Notes: generated by a model not told the origin, from the sequence alone. 63,999 nucleotides of DNA, filler included, from Globobulimina sp. (GCA_003354225.1; 13 parts of 13 records of this genome joined end to end with filler, not necessarily neighbours in it); one strand, 5' to 3'; shown: positions 46,512-59,269, counted from the whole stretch's first letter. Numbers and translations are program-made.

Positions 46512-49155
46512 TCAATCATCACCAGTCGACTTAGACTGCACTGCATAAATAGGTTGAGGTTGATTTATACCACCATCAGACGGCGGTGATTCCGGTTCAT
46601 ATTCCCCAATGTCATTATCATTTTTCTTTATTTTTGCTTCTTCCTCGTCATCGAGTGAAGTCACTTTAATTCTATAAGTCATGTTTCGTTTATTATTATT
46701 ACCCACTTTCTCATTCACAATTTCATCATCGATATCATTGTCAACCATTTCAATTTCAGTTTCTTTATATTTATTGCTGCTATTTTCATTATTATTATTC
46801 GTGCTGTTTGATTCATTATAATTATGCATTATATTTTGATTCGAGTCTGATTTATCGATCCATCTGCCGGCCTCAATCATGCCGGCTTTTAAATCAACTG
46901 CAAATATCAATATTGGGGCAGCGAGCGCAAAGAATATAGTCACATAAAACATTCCATAGCGGATCGAAACATGATTTGTAATCAGTGCAACCATCATCGG
47001 TCCAATCCACGATGAACCTTTGTCAGTAATCTCATACAAAGCAAACATTTGTGATTCTTTCCCAATAGGCACTAAATAAGCAAACACAGCTCTGGCATAC
47101 GATTGTATGGAGCCCCAATTGCATCCAAATACGAACACAAATAAATACATTTCAGCTTTGGACACCAATCCGAATGAAATACCAGGAATTAAACCCAACA
47201 TTGTATATAAACATAAACATATAAAGATGCAAATATGTAAAATCAACATTCTTTTTGCAGACCATCCAATTTTACGTTGTAACCATAAGAAAAATACACC
47301 GCCCCATGAGCCTAAAAACAATGCTTCTAACACTAACAAAGCAGCTTCGACCGAGGTCATATTCATTTCAGTGGTTGCGAATAATACGGAACTCACAGAT
47401 AAAGTGTTTAAACCATCGCTGAAACAAAACCATGCCAATAAAAACCAAAATAAGTTTGGGTATTTTCTCGCTGATACTATTGCATAATAAAACTCCTTCA
47501 CACTGAATGTGACAACACTGCTATTTGCGGGCAATGAGGGACCATCTCTCCGTTTGAAATATTTAAACACAAACAATTGAAAGAAGTTCCACCATATAAA
47601 TACTAATAACATTGCTAACCGCATACCGAGAGTCGATTGGAATTGTCCTGGTCAATGGTGTATATATTTAAATGTTGAAGTGTTGTTACTCGGATATCAT
47701 TGAAGCAACTTAATATTCCAAAAACAGAGTTTTTACACATACCGGTTTCTAGATTTAGCATTGTTACGTCCATTCCAGTGACATGATCATCGCTGTTAAT
47801 ATACACCACATAACCAGCAAATATAAAATCATTTGGTGTGTCTGCTGCGGAAATAGCAATTTTATCTGCATTGACAGTAGTATTTGTTCCATAAATCGGA
47901 GAAATTATACCAGATTTGCTTGTAAACCTCATTGAATTTATAGAATTGTCAATGTTCAACCAATAATGAATGGAGGTTACATAATCATTATCATCGGGTA
48001 TTGAATATATTAACAATGGCTGGGTAGAACTTGTATCTATGCCATAAATGCTACCATCAATATCCATATCTTTGTATAATAATTGTATTTGTAGCAAGCC
48101 AATTGTGTCAAATCTCATTCGTATTTGTTCCACTGGTTTCAACCTGCAATGAAAACAATATGTTATTCATTTATTGGTCAGAAACAGTTACAAATTACAT
48201 ACCATTCTTCATTAAAAGTGGAGCTGTGATCAGTAGTGAGTCCATAACCAGTCAACTGCTCAAAATTGGTAGTTTGAAACAGCGCAAATAAGATAACAGT
48301 GATCACAGTCATTATTAAACTGCCTAAGTACCCGCAAGCAGTGCCATATTGCGACATATCGTCTGTTAATTGCTGCTTAATAACACAGATCGCATCAGTC
48401 GCTTTTTGCTGCCTTGTCTCTTTGCGAACAATCCTGGAATATTTATGTAAAAACATATATGTAATGTGTCTGTGCAAGGATATGAATATGAAAACACACC
48501 AATGGTTTTCGACAATTTGTGGTAAATACGCATTGTAAAATATTAGAGCTAGACCAAAAAATACTAACTGTATTGCATACCACCAGCCAGCAAACAAATA
48601 TGTGCTCGGATCGCTGCAAAAAAATAATATTAACGGCATAAGAGAGGCGATGACGGTGCAGACACGAAATAAATAAAATTGATAATAGGAGTAATCGGCT
48701 AACGCTCCGATTGAAATGTATGCAACGGCTTGGATTGCACCACTGAACGATGTACAAACCTGCACGAAAGCAGACGGTTTGAGTGCCCAGTTACCCATAT
48801 ATACAACTACTGAATCGTCTGAATTTATGGGTGAGTCATTCACATCACAGCCATGCGGTGTTACTGAGGAACATCCATATTGTAATGCTAATGCACTTAA
48901 AAGTAATGGCAATACCAATCCTTGGCCCACATTAAACATTGGCGAATGGGCCCAATCGTATAAATACCATGCTAAGATTTCGGAGCGTCGTGGCAATAGT
49001 TGTCCGCCGTATTTTGTGTCTCTTTCTTTTTCTGCGTATTCTATATCTGTGGCGGTTGGTTTATCTCGAAGTGTTGTCCAGACTGAGGATATTTCATCTA
49101 CTTCGGCTATTGATAGTTGACGTTGCAATGCGTAATTATCAGAAGGCTCTGCCAT
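46512..49155 (-). CDS. ATG22/UMF1-family MFS transporter with an inserted jacalin-like domain, 4 exons
   Basis: AWYLYDWA.S, IGALAD, FYNAYLP, FLLAWF.FSDG.NT and GSIQSYARA.FA.LVP.GKE..MF.LY.ITDKGSSW.GP. Introns 48434-48499, 48144-48202 and 47648-47742 give one continuous frame. Confidence 0.88.
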
Positions 49156-49416
49156 CTAATTTGTAGATTTTCAACTTAAAAAAAAAATTTAAACTTAAAT
49201 TCAGCATTAAAAGAGAATCATTGTTTGTATATCCTCATGTTGCACTTCCTCTAACTCCAAATTTCGGTCAATATGAGCTACGGCATCATTTATAATCGAT
49301 TCAATTTGCTCAGCGTNNNNNNNNNNNNNNNNNNNNNNNNNNNNNNNNNNNNNNNNNNNNTTAATTAATTAANNNNNNNNNNNNNNNNNNNNNNNNNNNN
49401 NNNNNNNNNNNNNNNN

Positions 49417-51282
49417 CATAACATCCACACATAAATAAATATTTTGTGAAGGCCACTTTAGAGTGTCTATACTACACAATACTCCTTCCTTGTTGATTTT
49501 ATCAAAGATACATTGACAACATTTCAAGCAACATTGCACGCAGCAAAAGACACATTTTACCAAAGGATTCCCGCCGGAACCCGCCAACACTTTGCCTTGA
49601 ATGTAAGTGACAATGCCTCGTATTATCCGCACGATGGTTATAATCATCGCGCCAAAGGCCAACGAACCTAAATGATATCTGGTAACACGCCACAACGACT
49701 CGCAAATCGGCGATTTGCTCAATTCCGCCGTAGCATTGCCTCGCCGTTTGATTTTATTATTTTTATCGCTCCAGAGACTAAAATACCAATCAGCGAAAGT
49801 GCCGGATAACACCATGTAGCCGTAATATATGATCACCTGCGAGATGTATAACAACATTATGAAATGCCAATACATGGAATCTTGCATTTTCGAGTCAAAT
49901 TCTAACGCGAAATATTCAGCCGAATCGGAATAAAATGGATTAGTGCTAAAGAATGCAGCAGGCCAAGTCGCAGTGTTTTCGTTTTTCACAGAATAAATAA
50001 ACAATGCTTCCAACACCCAAACGCCGATGAATACAATCACTACGAAACTAATAAAGATGGGGAATAATAATGTAAACCGCATGTCGCGGATCGCATAGCT
50101 GGCTTCGTTCAACATTTCGATCACTAACTCGATATTCCTGCGCATGAACCATAGCGCCAAAACAAAGAAACACAATAAAATCGCAAAAACGATACCTACA
50201 GTAACAAAAACATAGAATTTCGACAGTGGGGGGTAGCAAATGTAAGATATAATGCAACAAAACCGAACCGCAGATTAATTCCATTTGCCCGACGGTTTTG
50301 GTCTCCTCCGCCTTTATATCGTCAATGCCGTCTTGGATTAACAACCAACTTAACATAATGCCGCCGACCAACACAAAAACGATTGTCAATACGATTAATA
50401 ATCTGCCAACGTAGGATATCATTTTTAAATACAAATAGGAGATAATAATGGATGCGAACGACATTATGAATATTAACCAGGCGGTGGTCTGTAAGTCGCT
50501 GACTGCTCTCTGATAGGATTCTGACGAAGTGTCGAATGTGGAGGGAACGCCTTCGCCGCTGTCTGGGATACAATAGGCGTTCATAAATGAGCTGGAGGTG
50601 TACAATGCTTCCAAGGCTCCATGTTGGCTGTCCTTAATGTATAGATTTGCGGGGTCGTTTGTGAAGCTACAGTCGGGTGCACAAATGCGAATATCTGAAT
50701 AGCTTAAATAAGGCCATATAGCATACGATCCTAATTATAGACAGACGAGAATAGTATATATTTATTTGGAATTTGTATAGATTTATACCCTGAGGGTTTG
50801 AGGAATCACAGATTTGTGGCGATGTGTAAGCGTTGTTATGATATAACATTCTGGCATCGTAACCATGCATTAATAATTGTGGTGATGCGCCGTGATAGTT
50901 GGCGTGAATAATTAATACTAACTCAGAAATGAGACATAATATTAAAAATATACAACATGGTAACTGTATATATTCATAAATATGTATCATGCGAATATAT
51001 GATGAATTTGTTAGTATTATTGCAGAAATTATTAATTATTACATACATCAGTACAACGTCGTTGGTCATTTTGAACAACTTCTGTTAATGGATTATCTAT
51101 ATAGCAATCAGTAGAGCATGAAGAAGATGAGACTTTGTTGGAAAAGAAGTTATAAATTATTAAATACGTTTATATGCTTCTGCACTCATAAAACAACATA
51201 GTCCTGAGGTGTCTGCGAAAGTGTCACAGCAACCTTGTTTGTTGTCTTCTTCTTCAATTAATCCTTTATCTGCGCTTGACAT
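49417..51282 (-). CDS. Choline transporter-like protein (CTL/SLC44), multi-exon, 3'-partial
   Basis: RRCTD.PCC, RYHLGSLAFGA.II.IV..IR and CC..CCLKC....FDKINK. Confidence 0.9.
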
Positions 51283-51355
51283 TAGTAGCAAAGCTAGCCT
51301 TGCACTCAAGTTGAAAAAGTTACAAAGATTTGCATCCCTAGTCTTTGACTCACAG

Positions 51356-52342
51356 ATGCCAAATCCGTATGATATTTCTGCAGCAGTTGCAAATGCAATA
51401 GCTACTATTATATGCATATCATTTGCAATGTTATCAATTTATTACCTATACATGCATCATGCAGAGGACACCAAAATAAGGCGTAGTACCATGTTGTTGA
51501 GCGTAATTTGTATGGTATTCTTTTCAATCACATGTTTTATACAAATTGCAACATCTTTTTTTGGACCGAAATCGGATACAATTGTATATAAAGTCTGCGC
51601 CGGATTAGGCAATTCAGTCTGGGTTATCTCACAAGTCTGCCATTATCTAGTATTTATCAATAATTTAACCGTAATTGTGGAAGGCACAAAACATGCGATA
51701 TCAAAAACCATTTTGCGATCATTTTATGTGTTAATTGTATTGTTTATACTAATGCATGCTTGCATTTTCCTGGTTTATTGTTTGAAATCATTCGATAAAT
51801 TATATGATAAAATCCATGAAGCCATTGGTTATGCAGTCGTATATTCATTGATTGAGACATTGGATATAATTATTTGCATATTTACATTATATTTATTTTC
51901 AACAAGGTTGATATCCTTAATACAGGACTTTACGGATAATAATGGCAACAGAAATAGTAGAAACAGTTATCATTCGTCAGTGGATGTGCAGTTAAATCAT
52001 GTTCAAAGGTTTATGGTTCAAATGTTAACGCAGTATTTTGTTTTAATAGTATTTGGTATTGTAACCACGCAGATATTTTTAATCATGAGAGTATCTGCAG
52101 AAATATTATTAATTATTGGTATTAATTGTTATTATAAGGCGTATTCAATCTCATTATTGTTCCAAGCTGTTCAGTGTTGTGTGAATGCTGGCGGAATATT
52201 TCTGATATTTGAATTTTCAAAAAAATATTATAAGGTTTTATGTGGCACATTTCATGTTTATTTTAAGTTAATCATAAAATCTCACGCTAGAAAGAGTGCA
52301 AATGCCATTGGGAACATACAAACCAATTATGTTAAATTGTAG
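51356..52342 (+). CDS. 7TM GPCR-like membrane protein
   Basis: Seven hydrophobic segments. The C-terminal F.F...YY..LC...H pattern is shared with 4961-5782. Confidence 0.65.
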   Translation: MPNPYDISAAVANAIATIICISFAMLSIYYLYMHHAEDTKIRRSTMLLSVICMVFFSITCFIQIATSFFGPKSDTIVYKVCAGLGNSVWVISQVCHYLVFINNLTVIVEGTKHAISKTILRSFYVLIVLFILMHACIFLVYCLKSFDKLYDKIHEAIGYAVVYSLIETLDIIICIFTLYLFSTRLISLIQDFTDNNGNRNSRNSYHSSVDVQLNHVQRFMVQMLTQYFVLIVFGIVTTQIFLIMRVSAEILLIIGINCYYKAYSISLLFQAVQCCVNAGGIFLIFEFSKKYYKVLCGTFHVYFKLIIKSHARKSANAIGNIQTNYVKL

Positions 52343-52553
52343 GATTAATCATTCTAACTTCTTTACATTGTAATATGCTTTGCAATTTCATTTAATTTTG
52401 ACAATATTCTTGAACTTTGCCAGTGGAAACAATTGACTTTTTAGGTTCACACTTCTAAACACTTCTTTTGTGGTTGACAAGGTTTTTGGGTCACACTTCT
52501 AAACACTTCTAAACACTTCAACTGACAAATTAATTGATTAACCACAGCAACAT

Positions 52554-53156
52554 ATGGCACAGGAGTCAAAACAATCAGAAGGAATTGGTTCCACTTCAAA
52601 TGCAAATAAATTAAAAACATCAACACCAATTGGGCTATTTTATAAAACAAAACTTTTGAATATATGCTATGATACAAATATAGTAAAACCAACTGCAATC
52701 GATGGGTGGTACAATGTTGGAGTGGAACATGTTATTCGTCCGAAAGAGAAGATAATAATTGACATTCGTCCATTATCTGTAAGGAATAAAGATGACCGGT
52801 TATATTTTGCATATATACGAACTGTTGAATATTACAAACAATAAAAAAAAGGTGTAATCCATAGTAATGCACATAATCATGTTGGAATGTATATGAATGG
52901 ATGGGATTATTATGTAAATGGTGGTGTATATTGCGATAATAAACATGTTAAAACCTATTGCCCAGTTGCATTAAATCAATCACTCAGATTAGAATTTCAT
53001 CAGTATAAAATAAATGTATTTGTTCAAAATAAAAATGTGCTTACAATGGATGTAAGTCGTATTTTTACCGAAAATAAAGATAAACAGTTTTATCCATCTT
53101 TATCTTTAAATGGAAGTGGTTCAGCTGTTCAAATTATTGATTTCAAAATCCAATAA
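52554..53156 (+). pseudogene. SPRY-like protein interrupted by one in-frame TAA
   Basis: ORFs 52554-52844 and 52887-53156 share a frame and are separated only by TAA at 52842-52844 (CAA TAA AAA AAA GGT). The ending FYPSLSL...SAVQI is SPRY-like. Confidence 0.55.
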
Positions 53157-53400
53157 CGCGTGTATTATGTGTGAGTTTTAGTTGTTATGTGATCAAAAAA
53201 GTACAACAATGAACACACAAGTATTAAAACATAAGATAAAGTTCAAACCAATAAATCATATTTTTTACCTGTTTCGTGTTTCTAAAACAATTCTTTAAAG
53301 TTTTTCAAAAACGATAATCTCTTTGATGGTGGCATTAGATCATACCAAAAATTAACTACTCAATTCTTAGACAAAAAATTAAATCAAACAAAATATTAAA

Positions 53401-54235
53401 TTATCGCAAAAAGAAAGCGCACAAAATAACGACAAGAAAAGAAAATACAAGCGATACATATACAAAACCATTTCTATCCTTCAATTTAATTCCATTATTC
53501 ACCCATAACTTATTTGAAGCATTAACATCAACAATTTTCGACCTTATAAAATATTTGCCAACTTCCGTAATTTGAACAGAAACAACCTTCCCCATCAAAC
53601 TCACACTCTGTTCTGGAGGAACCAAGAAATGATCATAACACGCATTGTGCCCAACAAAATGATAGCCATCCTTTGCCATTTCAGTAACCAAAACATTGTG
53701 TGTCTGTCCAATGCGATCACCAAAACTAACATACGATCGAAACAATTTCGTCATCTCTCTGCTCCTACTTTTAACAATTTTGGTGTCCAATTTTTTCATC
53801 CTCGCCGCCGGAGTCTTTGGTCTCGGATAAAATTGCGATATATTCAGCGTCACAAATTTATACTTATCCAACAATGCCAGCGACAATCGATGGTCCTCCA
53901 CAGTCTCCGTTGGAAAGCCACAAATAAAATCAGTAGCAATATGAATCCGCGGCACCTGTTCCAGCAAATACTCACAAACCATTTCAAACTCAGCAGCTTT
54001 ATATTTGCGCTTCATTGCATTCAACACAGTGTCAGAACCACTCTGTACTGGAATATGCAAAAAGGAATAAATATTTTCATTGTTCAAGAAGGCAGCAATT
54101 GCCTCTAAATGCTGCAGTATGTACGGCGGATTGGTCATACCTAACCTTATCATAACACGATGCGGATATTGTTCTAACAATTTTAATATTTCCCCCAGCA
54201 ATGCAGCAATATCTGTGTTGATATCCAAGCCGTAG
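53401..54235 (-). CDS. CDKAL1: tRNA t6A methylthiotransferase (CDKAL1/e-MtaB), 5'-partial
   Basis: RLGMTNPPYIL.HL, FLHIPVQSGSD.VL..MKR.Y, IATDFICGFPTET and ISQFYPRP.TPAARM; TRAM domain and C-terminal TM anchor. Confidence 0.93.
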
Positions 54236-54684
54236 NNNNNNNNNNNNNNNNNNNNNNNNNNNNNNNNNNNNNNNNNNNNTTAATTAATTAANNNNNNNNN
54301 NNNNNNNNNNNNNNNNNNNNNNNNNNNNNNNNNNNTGGAAATGTGACGCATTGTGTTTAATTTCAAGAAGAGGGAATGATCCATTTGTAATAAGACGTAA
54401 AATTCCATTATGTTAATTTTGTTTATCCGGCTTGTACAAAAACAAAAAAAATATGCATATTACCGCTGTGCTATCAATATAATATTAATTCCTTATAATT
54501 ATTAATTCCTTATAATCATTTTAAACACGAATCAAAACTGACTAATTACCCAATTTTCTTGCAGCTCAAAAAACTTTAATTGAAGTCGAAACCAAAACTG
54601 AATAATTATAAATCAGTCGGTTCAATATCATTTAAGATATTCCAATGAATATACAATAAGGAATATTTCAGCATCTTGAGGACG

Positions 54685-55761
54685 ATGAAACCACACTCAA
54701 CAATAGTTAACACTGACAACGGTAATGCTACAACATGCAAACACTCACCATCCAATCCACACAATCCCATTGTGATTAGCAATGGATATCAAACTCTAAA
54801 ATATGGATTCTGTGATATGACATCTCCAAAAACATTCCAATTGACAAGTACATCCACAAAACGTTGGCACTATCAAGATCCTATACAGGATGGTTTAATT
54901 GCCGATTGGTACAAAATAGAAAATATATGGAATAACATATTCCAACACCAATTAACAATTGACGCAAAATACTATGACATATTACTTACAGAATGTGTCC
55001 GAAATAGTTCTACAAATACTCATAGAATAATTGACATTTTGTTTGATAAATTCAATGTAAATTCCGTATGTATCCTCGATGAAAATGTCTTAGCCTTGTT
55101 TGCATTGAACAGATACAATGGAGTTGTCATGAATTTAGCGTATCATAATACGGATTGTGTGCCAATAATGAATGGAAAAGTGATTCTAAACGCTGTCAAA
55201 CAATTTCATAATAAAAGCAATAATTATAATTATTCAAAGCAAACATTATTCGACAATGGTATTCATAAAATATTTTATAAATCAGTGAAGAAATGTGATG
55301 AATCATTGCGAGAGGAGTTACTTAGTAATATTGTAATTTATGGCATTGAACTGTTGGATGATGAAGTAATTACTAATGATTTTGATAAAAGATTAGGGGA
55401 AATGATTAAAGATTTGTTTATAAACAAAGGTTATGCGGAGTATAATGTAAATGTTATTACACCAGCAAATAGAGAGAATTTATCATGGTTTGGAGGCGCT
55501 AACTTCTGTAAACAAAATGTAATTACCCGTGATTTGTGGATTTCTAATCGTGAATGGAAAGAAGCTGATAATAATCAAAAATGGGGACTGTCAAAATCAA
55601 TATCCAATGCATATGCCAATGAATTTTTAAAATTTATTGGTATTGCATATATTCATCAGCTATCATTGTATAGTCAAACACCAATCGATATAATAAGATG
55701 CATTTTGTTTTGTTGTAATGGTGTGGTATATCAAGATTTTGAACTCGTAATTGATTTATAA
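54685..55761 (+). CDS. Highly divergent actin-related protein with internal deletions
   Basis: IVISNG...LKYGF, PIQDGLI.DW..IE.IW, ILLTE, LFDKFNV, VLALFA, CVPI..G, KSV.KCD..LR.EL.SNIV and R..LSWFGG. Confidence 0.8.
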   Translation: MKPHSTIVNTDNGNATTCKHSPSNPHNPIVISNGYQTLKYGFCDMTSPKTFQLTSTSTKRWHYQDPIQDGLIADWYKIENIWNNIFQHQLTIDAKYYDILLTECVRNSSTNTHRIIDILFDKFNVNSVCILDENVLALFALNRYNGVVMNLAYHNTDCVPIMNGKVILNAVKQFHNKSNNYNYSKQTLFDNGIHKIFYKSVKKCDESLREELLSNIVIYGIELLDDEVITNDFDKRLGEMIKDLFINKGYAEYNVNVITPANRENLSWFGGANFCKQNVITRDLWISNREWKEADNNQKWGLSKSISNAYANEFLKFIGIAYIHQLSLYSQTPIDIIRCILFCCNGVVYQDFELVIDL

Positions 55762-55937
55762 TTTATATAAAGCAATAATGCTTGCTTGTCATACTGCAGT
55801 TGTCATTTTCGTTGACAACGTGCGTTTCTGCTGTATTTTAGCAAAGTAGTTTTCAGAGTTTTTCATCAACACAACTTCACACTTAATGATCATTTAGCAA
55901 TTTAACAACACCTTATAGATCTCATCCAATTCATAAT

Positions 55938-57384
55938 ATGAGTGATCAAACGATAAGTAGCTGGTTAAAAATGAACAAATTTCCTGAATCAATCGAAGGA
56001 GACTTAAAAAGATTTAATGTTGGAAACGTCAATCAAATTAAATCTAAATCATGTCTAGAACTTATGTTTATGTTAGAAAGTATTGTTCAAAGTGAATCAT
56101 TTAAAAAACAATCAAATTTAATAATTGCATTCAAATCCGCTATTACTAATTTATATATTTCACAAGTTTGGTTGTTTCTATTTTCTCTTTAAAGTTAAAT
56201 AAACCATAAAATCTTGTAAAAAAACGATAGAAATCAAAACAAGATTTAGATTCTCCACAAAAAAGTTAATTTCCATGAACATAATTGTTTGCATGCATAT
56301 GGTTTGGCAAATTTGTATCCTTACTTTACTTTGATGAATATATAAAATCCACAGTTCCAGAAAAACCAGCGCATAAAGTATTAAATTATAATAAATCACC
56401 AACGACAATCAATTTAAAATATTTAGCGTTGTATAAATCGGCATATATCACTTATTGTCAATATATTAACTCATCAAATACAGCAAAAGAATATCTTGAA
56501 ATGAATAACTTCAAATCACAGTCATCCTCAACCAAATGGAGTGGCAAAGTTGAAGTTAATGAACCATTTAATTTATGGGCGATTTCATATGATTCAAATA
56601 ATCCGAAAAGAGCAATCTATAAAAGTTATAAAAAAATATGTAATACAATTTATTATAAGTATGACCCAAACAGTTTCATGGAAAAAGCGTTAAATATATA
56701 TTATAAACAAAGTGAGTGTATTTCAAAAATAGAAACGGGAAAAAACGTTTATAAATATCTATTATCAACAAATCAAAAAAATACAAAAGAAATTTATACA
56801 AAACAACCAGAAAAATGGAGGGGTCATTATACATTCAATGATAATTTTAAACAGAATTCAATACAAAGTGGATATTTTACACAACAAGAAATTAAAAATA
56901 ATCATAATGCTGGCCCTGATATTAATTTTTATGGTATGTTTTTATAAAAAAGAAAAATATTACATTTGAAAAAAAAAATATTTAAAAGAACCATTCCCAA
57001 ATAAATCAATCAATAAAAGAGTAAAAGAAATTGGAGACACAGAATATGAAAATAAATTGATGAATAATACAGAAACAAATGATAATGAAGTAATTATTGA
57101 ATTGGATTTAGAGAGTAAAACACCGGGAAATGATGGAAATGAAATTAAAAATATTTTGAAATCATTGCAAAATGTAGCTGACAACAATGAAACTATTGGC
57201 AATGATGATGCACATAAAACCAATGGTGATTATATATTAGTTGAAGATAAAGAAAACGATCCAATACCTGGTTTATGTTTAGTTTGCTTTGTATTTTCTG
57301 TATTTTTTCTGTTTTGTAATATAAATTGAATATTATCAAAAAGGTAATGCAGAAGAATGGAATGATGATGAACTTGCCAAGTAA
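55938..57384 (+). CDS. Hypothetical multi-exon protein (SAM-like N-terminus, acidic C-terminus)
   Basis: ORFs 55938-56192, 56285-56947 and 57057-57329 plus a short last exon. In-frame GT-AG introns were traced for the last two junctions; the first junction was not resolved. Confidence 0.5.
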
Positions 57385-57590
57385 TATGAACTGTGTTGGT
57401 AAATTATAAAATGTGAATGCAACCGTTAGCTTTATTATATCTGTTTGTTTTTATTTTGTTGGGATTATGTGTCTATTTAAATACAATTAATACTTTTGTT
57501 TGACGAAAATGCAGCCACAAAGGACTGACTTCGATAGTTCGCATTCAGACTCAGAAAATCTTTCTATTAAACTTTTGTTAAAGGTGCAAC

Positions 57591-57974
57591 ATGGAAATTG
57601 ATACTGAGGAGAAACAAATTGGTAATGAAGTGATTGCTGAATTGGAAAGAATTGAGGATGGGATTGAAGCATTGTTGCGAAATGTACATTCAACGATGGT
57701 GTTGTTATCAGAATTGGATCCTTCAAAAAAAGACGAAATAAAACAAAAAATTGATGAGTATCATCAATTATTACAATCCATTGAATCATCACTAACAAAA
57801 CAAATAACGCGATGTCGTGAGCCACTGTTACTGCCATTATTGCCCATTGGACATAAAAAACAATTCATATCAAAAGACGCAAGAAATATTCACAAACAAT
57901 TATTTTCACAAAACAAAGACAATAAAAAACAAAACAAAAAAGGAAATCTAAAACAAAAAAACATCAAAACATAG
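57591..57974 (+). CDS. Mediator subunit 11-like protein
   Basis: LERIEDGIEALLRNVHSTMVLLS...LQSIESSLTKQI parallels the Med11 two-helix pattern (LEDIE.EI..IL.NA......LS...V..VE..L..QI). Confidence 0.55.
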   Translation: MEIDTEEKQIGNEVIAELERIEDGIEALLRNVHSTMVLLSELDPSKKDEIKQKIDEYHQLLQSIESSLTKQITRCREPLLLPLLPIGHKKQFISKDARNIHKQLFSQNKDNKKQNKKGNLKQKNIKT

Positions 57975-58447
57975 CATGAAATAATCTCAATATCATAAAT
58001 GGCATTGTTCCAATTCAGTGCAAGGATATAAACAAAAATTAAAAGTCCGCCAAAATCCTGATACGTATTCAAGTGGAACAACTGGACAATATTCTAAATT
58101 ATTGAATATTTAGATAAATATAATATATACATTGGCCACGGCAACACAACACATATAAACTGTTCATGCAGTGATTGCAGTTAATAAATAAATTAAAACT
58201 TGACCAAACCACAAACCAGATAAATATAAATGTTTCTCTTCCAAATTACACAGCACCTCTCAGAAGAACAGTATTTGAAACACCTTTGAAACGTTTTTGG
58301 TAACCACTGGCAATTGGAACAAAACTTTTTTTAAAGTGCTATAGACCGCGCATAGTAGCAACCATGTTTTCCTCATTGATAAGAATCCAGATTTAGCCTT
58401 AATAATTATGATAAAAAAAAGAGAAGAGTCATAGAATAGAGTCAGAT

Positions 58448-59154
58448 TCAATTACAGTAACGATTCACTCCAGGCAATGGTCCTCTTACTCCTGGTTTTG
58501 TTGGAATTGGTTGATTCATTCCAAGGCCAGGCATATATGGAGGAAGTGTTGGATATGGCAATGAAAATGTTGGTCCTCTTACTCCTCTAAATCCAGGTTT
58601 TGTAGTTCTTGGTCCATACCGGTATTTTGCTGCAGGCCTTGTTGGAATTGGTTGATTCATTCCAGGGCCAGGCATATATGGAGGAAATGTTGTATATGGC
58701 AATGCTTCACATATTCCATAATGCCTTTGTCCCGCCAATACAGTGGGCGGTGTCCATGGTATTCCTTTTTCATTATAGTCATCCAATTTATTTTTCAACC
58801 GTTTGTGATATCTCTGCATACAATCAACACATTAATTAATACAGTACAGCAATTACGCAAAACTTATATTAAAATGGACTATGAAGTACTCAACTTTCGA
58901 TGCTTTAGTCTGTTTTTGCGCAAATCTTGCCCATCCTTGTGCTGCTAAGCAAGTTTCAACACAAAGTCGACAAATCTCCATGTTCATATCGGTTCTATTT
59001 GATTTATAAAAATATATCTTCTCTTTAGATTCTTCACATCGCAGTGATGGCACAGTGGATTCCTTCAAACATTTCATACACAGCCAATCTGGATGTTTTT
59101 TTTTCGATTTCGTAACCGGTCCAACAAAATAATGTGGCCAAATGGATTCAATAT
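58448..59154 (-). CDS. Hypothetical protein with CxxC pairs and a duplicated Pro-rich repeat, 5'-partial
   Basis: CMKC and CRLC in the upstream exon; LPY.T.PPYMPG.GMNQPIPT(R/K)P occurs twice (DNA direct repeat at about 58499-58561 and 58640-58703). Confidence 0.5.
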
Positions 59155-59269
59155 NNNNNNNNNNNNNNNNNNNNNNNNNNNNNNNNNNNNNNNNNNNNTT
59201 AATTAATTAANNNNNNNNNNNNNNNNNNNNNNNNNNNNNNNNNNNNNNNNNNNNATCGAGAAATCAAAA

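Noticed and set aside
52447-52519. Short direct repeats resembling a CRISPR array
   Set aside because: Repeat units are about 10 bp, partly tandem, without unique spacers, and no cas genes are present.
52842-52844. Alternative genetic code with TAA as a sense codon
   Set aside because: rpL23a, Amt and CDKAL1 end in TAA, and long ORFs are free of internal stops.
4861-59254. Regularly spaced TTAATTAATTAA every ~4.9 kb, suggestive of nanochromosome ends or an array
   Set aside because: Each copy is flanked by exactly 44 Ns on both sides and separates length-sorted contigs, so it is an artificial linker. ORF-track proteins running into X are artefacts.
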